Position numbers and translations under genes: made by a program. A model generated the notes under the pieces. That model saw nothing but the letters and a program-made list of their open reading frames with translations. It did not search any database and was not told where the DNA came from. Below, in pieces: positions 36,081 to 47,728 of a DNA stretch of 64,000 nt. Position 1 is the stretch's first letter. Each line of letters starts with the position of its first letter. This stretch comes from Podarcis melisellensis (lineage: Eukaryota): NCBI GenBank assembly GCA_964234715.1, contig OZ174277.1. One strand, 5' to 3'.

Positions 36081-36887
36081 CTGCTCAATAAGATATATGA
36101 AGGGGAGAGTCAAGGGAGGGGTGTGTGAAATAAAGGCCAGATTAGATCTTTCCCCAGCCAAATTAACTTTAATTTGGTAGCAACAATCACAGAAACTCAG
36201 GAAATGAAGCAAAAAATTAAAGAAATAGGCCTTTGACAATGAAGGGTTCATTGGTTATTGTGGTCTTTTCAACGGCAGATGACTTGTTAAAATATATTAT
36301 TCAAATACATTGTACTCCACAATACATTTCATTAGATGCTCTGGTTGTTATGTCACTGCAAAAAGATTTAGGAAAAGTGGAAAAACTCAACTTTGAGGCT
36401 ACAACTCAGAGGGGCTGAGCTAGAAGTTAGACGTTCCCAACCCCTTATTTTCTTCACAGAAGTAATATAGGTATTTGTAGGAATATTCAGTGGATATGAC
36501 AAATGTACTCAGCCAATCAAATATCACCTCTTCTTCCTTGCAAACATACCACCTCATCAGTGTTTTGTCATGGCTGGTATTTAAAATCAGAAATGAACTA
36601 ATCGGGGAGAAAACAGCCCAGGGAGGGGTGGAGGTGTTTATGCAAGGGAACAATAGAGATGCCTTATGTACCTTTTCCTCCTGCTGACCAATCCTCCTTG
36701 TAAGTACCGGTATCTGCTTTCATAATCCTATTATCTTAGATGTGGGGTTGGGACCATCCATTAGTCAACAAAATGCCTACTTCTGCTGTGAAACCTCTTC
36801 AGAGTGCACCTATTGAGTAAATACTGTACTGCAAGGTAAGAGCTCTTGCTGCAAGACCCACATTTTTTTTTATAAACTGCCTGTAGA

Positions 36888-37012
36888 ACAGGAATAGCCA
36901 ACGTGGTGCCCTCCAGATGTTCTTGTACTCAGTTCCATCATCCTTGGCCAATGACCATGCTATTTGGGGGCTGATGAACATTGGATTCAGAGGGTGTTAT
37001 TGCTGGCCACCC
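36888..37012. mobile_element. Short palindromic MITE (degraded)
   Basis: CCAACGTGGTGCCCTCCAGATGTT ... CCATCATCCTTGGCCA ... GGGGCTGATG; homologous to 47595-47728 and 51589-51727. Confidence 0.5.
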
Positions 37013-37602
37013 TTGGAGTAGAGTTCAGGCCATGTGTGCGCTTTGACACTCTAAAGATTGGAAACCCAGCAGCTCAGCCTTTTGCCTACACAGCTGGCCA
37101 TCTCTTCAATGGTTTGAATTGCCTGGGACATTCACAGTTCTCAGACCAGAGACTTCTCATGCATACCTTGTGCAGAGCTCTCCTCGCTGCAAAGGTATTC
37201 AATTCCCTTCAGTGGGAGTCACAACTCTGTGCATATATGAATCTGCACATGGGGCTATTTGCTCTGATGAAGAGAACTGGAGCATGAGGAAGCTCTCTGT
37301 GTACAGAAGTAGACATGGATATGTGGTTTGGGGACCTCAAATTTCATCTAGGATTGTAGTTGCTGTGCGAATGCCATAATTATTGGATTCTTGTATAGAT
37401 TCTCTTTTGGAGGTGTGAATTTGGCCAGGTATTCCATCTCTGTGAGAATTACATTTCTGTCTATTCTATTGGGTTTATTCATTTGCTTCAACCACCCACC
37501 CCCCGCCCCAAGGGAAACCCACTTATATGATGAACAAGTTATAGTAAGATTGAATCAACATCTTCAGAGTTAAAGATCAGAAATAAATTAGGAATGCCTC
37601 AC

Positions 37603-37802
37603 ATTGTTGTCCCCCATGCGCCGTCGTTGGAGCCGCTCCACATCATCAATCTCATAGACTTTGATCTCAAAGGGCTCTCCCATTCCTCTCTGGGAACTTC
37701 TCAGAGGTCCATCTACCCAGCGTACTGCTGGGCTGGTAGGTTTCCTTATAGGAGATGTTGTGTCAAGCGATAAAGCTGGGATGAGTCTCCGTCTCTGAGA
37801 AC
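37603..37802 (-). CDS. KIF26B: KIF26B coding exon (200 nt)
   Basis: TTGCTTAG|GT TCT CAG ... (G)[66 protein letters not shown]|GTGAG; phases 1/0; absent from the ORF track. Confidence 0.95.
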
Positions 37803-39860
37803 CTAAGCAAGGTCACAGTTATAAGGTTTTGTTATCAAAGGACAAAACTCTCATTCTTCTCTTCAAACAAGAGTTTACAACATGCAAGGAAACAAGACTG
37901 AGGAAAGCTGCCTATTAGCTCTGAACATTACCATCAAATATACAATAATACTGCAGTCCACAAGTGCTAACATATCTGTAATGTATCACTAAATTTATTT
38001 CTTGCAAAATTCTAGTGTTGTTTAGCACAGCATAATCTCACTTAGCATCCAGTCAGGATCCTTCTCTGGTCTGAGCAATGAGCTGCTTGCCTTTGCCTTG
38101 CCCCACTCTCAACAGCTCAGGAACTGGGTCTGATAATTAAGAGTGAACAAATCTTCAGAGTATACATGATTCTCACAAAGAGACACAAAGGGACAGAAGG
38201 GAGGTGAGGAAGTGCCTCAGGTAGCAAAATGTCTTGAGCCAATCATGAGTGGGCAGAGCTGAAAGGGAAGCAAGCCTAGCAGGTGCAGACCCCATCTCTC
38301 CCCATAAACCCATACAGACCTAAACATGTTTAACCTAGCACCACTCATGGTGCACTAGAACCACTCTTGTGGCATCTCAGACTGACTTACATTCATAAAC
38401 CACTAGCAGAAAGAGAACTATAATCTTTTGACAGATTGTTCCTTTTTAAAAAAAAGTAGCATTTTTCACTGCATTTACCAAACGAGGACAACACCCTTTC
38501 ACAATATTGTCCACCATACGAATCTCCACATGATCCCACCTGCAGATAAGGCTAGAATTCACTTTGCTACTGCTTTTTAAATGTTTCTGCTCGTATCAGG
38601 GGACTTTTGTTTTTCCTATTGATCATTTTGTCCAATACACTCAGGAACTGCTAGCCTTAGAATGACATGAAGGTTTTTCTCAGGAAGGGAAGAATAGGAA
38701 GATGGCTAGCTAAGACTGGTGGAGGGGGACAGGTCCAACCCACTTCTCCTCACAAAAGATCCACCCATTTCTATTATCTCCTCTTCTGGAACCAGATTCA
38801 TATTTCACCTCCTGCTAAAGATCCAGTATTTTGCCTCTGTGAGCTTGACTGACCAGAATCCTGTGTTTGTGTTATTTTGATCCTCACATTTTGAACTACA
38901 TTTGCAACTGCTCATTTGTGTTGCTGTAAACAATGAACAACAGTGTGAGGGGAAATGAGAAAAAGCATTCCTCTCCTACCTGTAGAACAACAAGCAGAGA
39001 AACAATTCTCTCTTATTTGCAGAGAAGGTGATTTGAAACTTAATCTATTTTAAATAGGCATTGATTAATGAGCTGGTTATTAGTCTGGATACAGAAGGTA
39101 TAGGGTGACTTAAGAGGAATTCCTGCTGTCCCAGAGTCCCTCTATTTAATCTCTGTGGTTTATCTGATTTCACTTGAGATGGGTTGTGTAAGAAAATATA
39201 TCTATACAGTAGTGTTTTATGGTGAGTGCCACCAAGTTTTCATGATACCACAGAAAGGAAAGACTTAACTGGTTCAAACAGCAAATGCACATACTCTATA
39301 GTGCTGAGCATGAACCAAATATACTTCTATATCTATATAAAACACACAGTGGACATCTGCTCTACAGCAAGCAGAGAGCAATGGGAGTTTTGGCAAGGTT
39401 ATTGTCCATCTGTCTGTCTATCTATACACATATGCGCTTCCCAGCAAAACTCACCCTTATATCTCTATTTCTTTTGCGAACTGAAAATGAGTGAATCCCT
39501 CTTTATACAGTCTAACTGAATCAACTGCCAATCTCAGAAGGACAATTTTATTTTATCATGCTGTTAAGAACAGCATGCATTGCACCTGTTTCCGAGAGGA
39601 TCAAGTAATTTATTTTTTAAGGTTCAGATGCATTGGTTGTGAAAAGTCTAGCAAGACAAGAAACCTGGGCAACTTTAAAACAACAATGGACAATATGTGA
39701 TAATATTCAGTTACCCCATAGGGGTAATGCCACAGCTATGGCTCAGCTATAGGGTGCAAACTACATGACCACAACAAAAAGTTACAACAAAAAGACAAGG
39801 AAGGGGTTGGATATGCAACCACGTTGTATAAGATTATGCATGGTAAGTTGAAAGTAGATA

Positions 39861-40086
39861 CAGTGGTACCTCGGGTTACAAACACTTCAGGTTACAGACT
39901 CCACTAACCTGGAAGTAGTACCTTGGGTTAAGAACTTTACCTCAGGATGAGAACAGAATTTATGCAGTGGTGGCGCGGCGGCAGTGGGAGGCCCCATTAG
40001 CTAAAGTGGTACCTGAGGTTAAGAATGGTTTCAGGTTAAGAACAGACCTCCGGAACGAATTAAGTTTGTAACCAGAGCTACCACTG
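39861..40086 (-). mobile_element. pogo/Tigger-like MITE, family A, copy 6
   Basis: TA|CAGTGGTACCTCGGGTTACAAA ... TTTGTAACCAGAGCTACCACTG|TA. Confidence 0.9.
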
Positions 40087-40169
40087 TAGAAGTTTTTTTC
40101 ACCTTTCTTATAATACTTGGAGTCATCCAACACTGAACTACTAAGGACACACAAAAGGAAGTATTTCTT

Positions 40170-40386
40170 TTAAAAATGATTAAAAGGCATATTAATGGTG
40201 AACAGGACCATCAATGGCTCCAATCCACTGCTAGAGGCAGCGTGCCTTTGAATTCCAGTCGCTAGGAATGACAAGAGGGGAGAGCGCTGTTGCACCCAAG
40301 TTCTGCTTGTAGGATTCCCATAGGCATCTGAACAGGATGCTGAACTAGATGGGCCATTGGCCTGATCCAGCAGGCTCTTCTTATGT
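40170..40386 (+). mobile_element. CR1-like LINE 3' end
   Basis: ACAGGATGCTGAACTAGATGGGCCATTGGCCTGATCCAGCAGGCTCTTCTTATG; reverse complement of 44643-44790. Confidence 0.6.
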
Positions 40387-43063
40387 GTCTCATAAAAAAC
40401 AAACATCCATCTTTGATTCTGTTTTCTAGTATTTCTACCTTATGACCCATCCTGATGCCTTTTTCTATGGGCAAAGGTAACTGTCAACAACCATAGTCAT
40501 GAATTGGTTCCAAACCTTCCCTCATAAAAGGGGAGTGGAGTAATTTGATTCTACCCTGAAAGAGTCAGAATCATATTGCAACAGGTTATGGTACAGCATT
40601 TAAAGCCCTGGGTGCTGACCTTGATTTGAGCTTGGTAACATGGCTGATAGTTGAAGTCCTTGTAGGGGCAGACAGGATAGCAACAGCCAATGAATAAATG
40701 TGATAATCATAAGGAATTGGTGAAAAGTGTGAGATTAGAATAACATGGCCATATTCCCATACATATATTTATATGGATAGCGTATCATTTTCTAATTAAT
40801 CAAGGGGGATCAAGATACGGAGTCATGGAATCGTGAGACAAACAGCACATGATAGCTAAAAGCAGATAAGAATTTACAACATGAGGTGCAAACCAGGGCA
40901 TATAGGAACATCCTTGGGCAAGAGTTTTAAATAGAAAGGTGATGCACAGAAGGGTGTTTTGTTTTGTTTTTTTGTAAGAACAGTGTGGCAAATGTCTAAA
41001 TGAGGAATCTAAGGGTGGGACACGGTGTACTGTGTTAGGGTTCCAGATTTGCTGATCAGAATGGAACAGCAAGACAAGTAACTGGGTGTGAGTTTATGAC
41101 CAAAAAGCAAAGATCTGGAGAGCCAATTGGAAAGAGACACCCAAAATGGGATGGAGACAAAGGAGATAAAAGGCTATGATCAGATAGATACAAGAGTGTG
41201 GAAAGTATGTGTTGACCATTTTCTGTTATTTTTTACTTGCTCTCTATTCTGTTATCAGACTCCAATGAACTCCAGGTTTGCATCTGCAAGCAGGATAGCA
41301 GCATCCCTGTTAGGGACGGCTGGAGTATCTCATGAAATAAAACTTTTACAATATGACTATTTCCTCCTAGACTGACCAATAATGTGGACAATTCTTTTAT
41401 TGTCACACTGAACATCATTTCACATGGGGGAAACTGAGTAAAATCTCCATAAAAATCCCCATTATTTTATCTGCCATTATTTTATCAGTTGTTTAATTGT
41501 ACCAAGCAATGCTTTCCGCCATCACCCCCAACCTCTCCCACAACCGCCCTGTGTTCCCTGGCCTAGCATCATTAGTTTTGAGGCAGATCATTTAGAGTCT
41601 GTAAATGAGCACTACTGGTGCAATGTCAGGAGGCAGTCCCTCATTGAGCATGGCAGATTGACAAGTAATTTGGGAGAAGTCCCAGAGAAGATGTAGGTCA
41701 CAGCAGACAGTGTCCAACAGCTACACATCTCTAGCCAGCCATTGAATAGCAACACGCCTCCTCACCCCCATGCTTATCTTCACTGGGGCTGGATTTCAAC
41801 ACACTATTGCTATGCCAGTTGTCTAATGCTATTGTGTATGGAGATGATTCTGAGCTGGTTATTGTCCAAGGCATGCCTTAAAAAAAATGAATTAGCTCAG
41901 TCCCTTTCCCAGCTTTCCTGAAAGAGATGGGGTAAGGTCCAGACAAGCTAGTGGCAATTGTGTTCCTGTAAGCGAATTCCTAGCCAGCCAAGTTAGCAGG
42001 TTTTATTTACAAGTAGTCTAATGGTGTCCAACTCAATCATGCATGTTCCACAGAGCCTTCAACATGCACAATAGCCCACTGCTACTTCCTCTATTAAATC
42101 ATTCCTATATTCATGCGGTCGAAAGCTCAGTGCCAGCACGTGGTAGTCAAGCGTGTAAAAAATGATTACTCGGATCCCTTTCAACACAGATTTGCTGCTT
42201 GAAATGGCCTGGCTGTGACCTGGGAAAATCAATGCTGTTGTTTTTAATGAACAAAAAAAATTGTGATTGGGGCCCATTTCACCATCTCTGCTTTCCAGCC
42301 AGCAGTTAAGTGTTTAAAAGGGTCACCAAACACACACACAGCAGCTCCTTTTGCTACTGTGAACATCACCAATAAGATTAAGAAATAACTTTTATGTATG
42401 AATTGCCATCACTGTTGCCATCATCAAAGCAAGTACGTGAGATGCTGCTTTGAAATGCGACTAAGTTTCTCTTGAACCAAACACTGCAACTGCAATCCAA
42501 CACAAGAATTTAGTGTGTGTAACTTCACTTCAATCTCTGGTGCCTTGCAGCTCATCTGAAACTGGGGGTGAATTCTGGCACTTTTGGATGCAAAGAGAAA
42601 TGATCTGCTTGTTTGTTTCTTCATTTTTGACAGCATGTTTTCTTACGGCATATTTTTTGGCATTAGAACTAAAGGTCTTTAGTGTTTCACAGTTTCTGTT
42701 CAGATAATCTTGGAGGAGAAAGTTTTTTCCTGTGCAATGTGTGGAACTGCCTTGAGTTTTTCATTTTGATTTTATATTTACATCTGTGTAAGTATGTGTG
42801 CATTTGATATTCCATTATTAAAATGCACAAAGCAGGGAGGTGAAATTGGAAGGAATCCAAAGACCTCTTGGTCCAATCGCCTTTCCACATCTCATTGCAA
42901 GGCTGAATAGTCTGTGTTTCAGCTGCACCGGTCATGCAATCCAGATCACAGTCAGATCACAGTGTTGTGCAAGCATTGCAGTCAGGGGGATGGTGGAGAC
43001 TCCAAATATGACACTTCTTAGTCTGCTTGTAGTAACTCATTATCAAGAAGCAACAGATGAAAC

Positions 43064-43157
43064 TGAAGGCAGCCCTGTTTAGGGAAGTTTTTAATGACCA
43101 ATGTTTTAATGTATTTTTAATCTTTTGTTGGAAGCCGCCCAGAGTGGGTGGGGTATA
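43064..43157 (+). mobile_element. LINE (L2-like) 3' end
   Basis: GAAGGCAGCCCTGTTTAGGGAAGTTTTTAATG ... GGAAGCCGCCCAGAGTGG ... GGGGTATAAAT running into (AAT)n. Confidence 0.6.
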
Positions 43158-43211
<54 letters not shown>

Positions 43212-43228
43212 TACTACTACTACTACTA
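43158..43228. repeat. Compound microsatellite (AAT)~18 + (TAC)~5
   Basis: Direct reading. Confidence 0.95.
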
Positions 43229-44007
43229 TTAAAGTTTGGGTGGAATGGATATTTTCAATTTGGGGTGGATGGCAACACTTAAAGACAACAGCAACAAAAC
43301 ACATAGTATAACTATCTCCACGTTCTATGCATAACTATTTTAGAAATTATTTTGTTGCTTCCAGTGACCCTGATATTGATAGATTCCAGCTTTCTCAGAA
43401 GATGCAATATCTCCCCCTACATTCATTCTCAAATAAACCCGGTTGGTATTACAACTTATTTTCAAATATCCATTTTTGAATTTGTATTCCTCTGTTCTTA
43501 CAAATGACACCATTAATTAGAAGAGCTTAAAACCAAGATGGAGGTGGAGACTAACAATCTAACTATTGGCACTTTTAGTCTTTTTCTCTTGTGACATTCA
43601 GCAATTGCTTTGCCAAGGAAACTCAGTATGAATTGCAATATTTAAAAAAGCTACACTGTTCATAAAACGTTTTAATGTGGAAGGAATCATAAAGGTTCCT
43701 ATGTAAAGCAAAGTGAAAAAGAAAAGTCTCTGACACTGTCCTAAAACACTCAACACTGTCAGGCAACAGATATGAGCACCATGGGCCCTACACCTGCGTT
43801 ATTAAATATTAGGAAATGTTGCTTAGCACTTATTCCAATAGTGAACATAAGTGATGAATACTACCAGAATTGTAGTCACAACAGAGGTACAACATAAGTA
43901 TAAAAACGCTTTTAAAAGCCTAAACCTACAATCCCTGAAGTGTTGGAAGTGAGAGGGGGAGAGATTATAAAGGTGCTGCCTGCTGGGCTCTCACTGGCAG
44001 GCAAGGG

Positions 44008-44390
44008 TGGGGGAAAATCAATTCAGATTGCATTTAAAGGCTAGTTTACCAATTCTACACTTTCTGAAACCGTATGTGAACCCAAACACAGCTATGCTTT
44101 GAAATTAGCACTGATCTGAATTTTTCAAAGCAGTTACCCACTAATTTGTACAAAAATGCATACACTATAGTACACATATTAGTAAAAATGACATACAAGA
44201 TCCATTGTGTATTTGGCAAAACTGCATATAAAAATGTGCATAGTAAGAGAAATAAGCAGCAAAAAGCTGATGAATTTTTAGATGACTTTAAAAAAAAAAA
44301 TTAAAAAACTGATGTAGAAATGTGCAGAACTATGACTGGAAAAATTAGATACAGAGAGAAACAAAAATTAACATATTTGCCCATCCCTAC
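44008..44390 (-). mobile_element. Old interspersed repeat, homolog of 23889-24298
   Basis: Ends CATATTTGCCCATCCCTA; shared blocks listed under 23889-24298. Confidence 0.55.
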
Positions 44391-44642
44391 TAGTAAAGCA
44401 GAACCAAGGGTGGTGTTCTTCTGTCCATTTCTGGTCTCAATTCACCTCCATCCTATTTCCACTGAAAACAACAGAAGGCAAAGGGGAGGGAGAGGTTTAG
44501 CACTCATGGAAGAGTAAAATTGGAAGGGACCCAATGAGTCAGCTGGTCCAACCTATTGCAAGGCAAAAATATCTCAATTTTTCTTCAGATTTTTTTTTTC
44601 TTTTAGGGATGTGCAAGAGGACCGGGAGGGTTTAGGATTCTT

Positions 44643-44790
44643 TAAGAACTTAAGAACAGCTTGCTGGATCAGGCCAGTCAAACATCCTGTTCTCACAGTG
44701 ACCAACCAGATGCTTGTGGGAAGCCATTAACGGAACATGAGTGTAAGAGGCCTCTCTCCAGCTGTGATATCGAACATCTGGTATTTCAGC
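44643..44790 (-). mobile_element. CR1-like LINE 3' remnant
   Basis: TAAGAACTTAAGAACAGCTTGCTGGATCAGGCCA ... CATCCTGTTCTCACAGTGACCAACCAGATGC. Confidence 0.6.
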
Positions 44791-46151
44791 CACACCCAAC
44801 ACGCTCCCCTTTTGACACCACCTAGGCCAGCTCTTTGGGAGGAGCTGGCATTGTCAAGAGAGGTAAGTCTGGCCAATGAAGACTGTGCATGCACTAAGGA
44901 GCTGCAGAATGTGGAGCAATCGTTGGAAAAGAAAGAGGAAGAGGAAGGAGGAGCCTGAAATGCCCTGCTTGGAGGAAATGGCTGGCCAGAATCCTGTACA
45001 GAAGCCTCCCTTTTAGGAGGGCAGATAGACCTTTGTTGCAGGTTTCACTTGTCTGGTTTAATGTCATTTCCTGAGCCCTCTTCTGTTTTCTACGAGCCAC
45101 ACTGAATTGAACAGGTCTCTCTTTCTAAGAATGTGGTCTTTGCTGCTATGTGACATGTCAGATCAGCTGAGGCCACGTTAAGCCCTACTAACCAAATCTC
45201 AGGAACCAATAGCTAGATTTTCTCTCCCAAAGCAGCCAACCATATAAGCTATTATATGCTCCAATATCCCTGTGCTTGATCTCCCTTCCAAGTGCTCTAG
45301 CCCAGCCCTTGCCAGCAGGCAGGCAGCCAGGAGCAAATTACATTGGGGCCCTTTGTCCATCGGTAACAAGCTGCTCTCTAAAAGATTGACCATGAAGCCC
45401 CATTCTTTAAAAAGATAAAAAAGGAGAAATACCCAGCCATGCTGATTCTGCTGTACTGAGCTCTGTCTTGTGTACTTTGCACATTTTCAGTTCCGAGCTT
45501 GTTGCTTTACTGAAAAGCAAATATGAAAGTGCGCACAGGCAATTTTCAAACCTATGCAGCCACATGCTCCTAATGAAGGGAAATGGATTCTCCCTTGAAC
45601 CAGTATTACAGTCAATAATTAGTCATAGTTTCAGGCAGACCCAAAAACCCTTTGATCTAGCTAACTATATATAAAAAGGGACATGAGCCTGTTTTATACA
45701 AACCAAATAAAAGTTGCAGGGAGGGGAGTCGCCTAAGGAAGATCTTCCTTAGAAAACCTCATCCTGTTGCAAATGATACGCAGTCTGTGCTCGAGGGCTT
45801 GCTATGGATTAGAAACGCCACAGGGGGACAAGAACTGGAAGCCGATAAATAGCATGTATGAAAAAGCCAATGCATCTGTGAAGATTGTTTGAGAGCTTAA
45901 GTGTATGTCTGAGAGCCTGTTGTATAATGTAAATCTAATCACAGGTTTGCCTTCTGTGGCCTTCTTATATTCTTTAGCTCCCAAAGACTCATGAGCTCAT
46001 AGCATTGCACCTGGGGAAAAATGGATATTCAGACTAAGGCTACAATCCTATGTACACTCCCCAGGTCTTAGTCACACTGAACTTTTGAAGAGCGATGAAC
46101 AGAATTGCATTGCAAGAGAGTCAAATTCACCTCTGAAAGAGCATTGTAATA

Positions 46152-46357
46152 TATTGGACCCTCGAGTTATGTACCGCTCTGGATACGTAACTTTTGGGTT
46201 GCGAACGCGGCAAACTCAGAAGTTTGGCTGCACGTGCATGTGCAGAAGTGCTCTGTGCACTGCACGCATGCAAAGAAGCGGCACCTCCAGTTACGGACTT
46301 TTCAGGTTAAGTATGGACCCCTGGAATGAATTTTATTTGTATCTGGAGGGTCCACTG
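46152..46357. mobile_element. pogo/Tigger-like MITE, family B
   Basis: TA|TATTGGACCCTCGAGTTA ... TATCTGGAGGGTCCACTG|TA (degenerate TIR CAGTGGACCCTC). Confidence 0.7.
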
Positions 46358-46994
46358 TAGCTCATTCTCATGCCCGTTTGGATTGGCTACGATTTAAAAA
46401 TGAACATGATATTTAAAACTATTACCTAACCACCAATGACCTAACAAAACATGATATTAACATATTTAGCTATCATGTCATTTTTTTAAAAAAAGAGATG
46501 GTGTGTGTGAGAGGGCTGCCTTCACCTTAGCAGCAGCAGAAACAGTTCTGAAGTGAGGGAATCAGACCCTCAGATGCCTAAGTGCCCCCTAGCCCCACCC
46601 TGATGGAATAATCTGACTGTGGATGATCACTCTCAATGTGTTGTTATCAATTTTCAATTGGTTATGAATTGCATTTGTATGAATGTGGTTATTATTAGAC
46701 GTTATTAGAAATTATTATTTTTAAAAAATGGTAGAAAGTGGCATATGCCTCAAATAAAATAAAAATAAGTCATGGTATCTAGACCACAGCCTGACCTCAT
46801 TATCGGAAACAACATGATTCTGGCACAGACCTAGTTTCCAGAAAAGTGATAGCACTGGATTATCCTTCAGAATAGCATCCCTAATTTTAAAATGGCAAAG
46901 CATGATCTAGCCAAAGTAAAGACCTTTTGAGTTCTGTACTGTTTTCAAGGACAAAGGGTGAGGGAGAGAAGCATGTACAACCTATTTTGGGGGA

Positions 46995-47492
46995 GGGCTA
47001 TTGGGTTGTTGTTTTTATTTTGATTATGTATTTTGTGGTTTTATATTTTGATTTTATTCTGTGAACCGCCCTGAGACCTCTAGGTATAAAGGTGAATATG
47101 GGACCCCTGACTATTAGGTCCAGTCGTGGCCGACTCTGGGGTTGCAGTGCTCATCTCACATTATTGGCCGAGGGAGCCGGCGTACAGCTTCCGGGTCATG
47201 TGGCCGACATGATTAAGCCGCTTCTGGCGAACCAGAGCAGCACAGGGAAACGCCGTTTACCTTCCTGCCAGAGCGGTACCTATTTATCTGCTGGCACTTT
47301 GATGTGCTTTCGAACTGCTAGGTTGGCAGGAGCAGAGCCATAGCAATGGGAGCTCACCCCGTTGCAGGGATTCAAACTGCCAACCTTCTGATTGCCAAGT
47401 CCTAGGCTCTGTGGTTTAACCCACAGCGCCACCTGCATCCCCCTCTAGGTACAGGGCAGTATATAAACTCAATTAACAACAAAAACAACAAT
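46995..47492 (+). mobile_element. LINE 3' tail (host of the nested Sauria SINE)
   Basis: TTTTATTCTGTGAACCGCCCTGAGACCTCTAGGTA [SINE] CAGGGCAGTATATAAACTCAATTAA; reverse complement of the ends at 7950 and 61420. Confidence 0.6.
47087..47441 (-). mobile_element. Sauria SINE, full length, with 10-bp TSD
   Basis: Reverse complement of 20362-20713; TSD CCTCTAGGTA at 47077-47086 and 47442-47451. Confidence 0.92.
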
Positions 47493-47594
47493 GACTGAAA
47501 TCAATGGGACATGAATGTATTCAACTGCCTGGGCCGTGTCCACATTTAGTACATTCATTGCCTTTCCCACCATCTGCTATGTTAAACCTGGTGT

Positions 47595-47728
47595 ACACCA
47601 ACCTTTTTCAACCTGGTGCCTTCCACATTTTTTTTTACTACAACTCCCATCAGCCTCAGTCAGCACTGACTGGGGCTGATGGGTTATAATCCAAAGTATC
47701 TGGAGGGCACCAGGTTGGTGAAGGCTGG
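47595..47728. mobile_element. Short palindromic MITE
   Basis: CAACCTGGTGCCTTCCA ... CCCATCAGCCTCAGTCAG / CTGACTGGGGCTGATGGG ... TGGAGGGCACCAGGTTG; folds back along its whole length. Confidence 0.75.
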
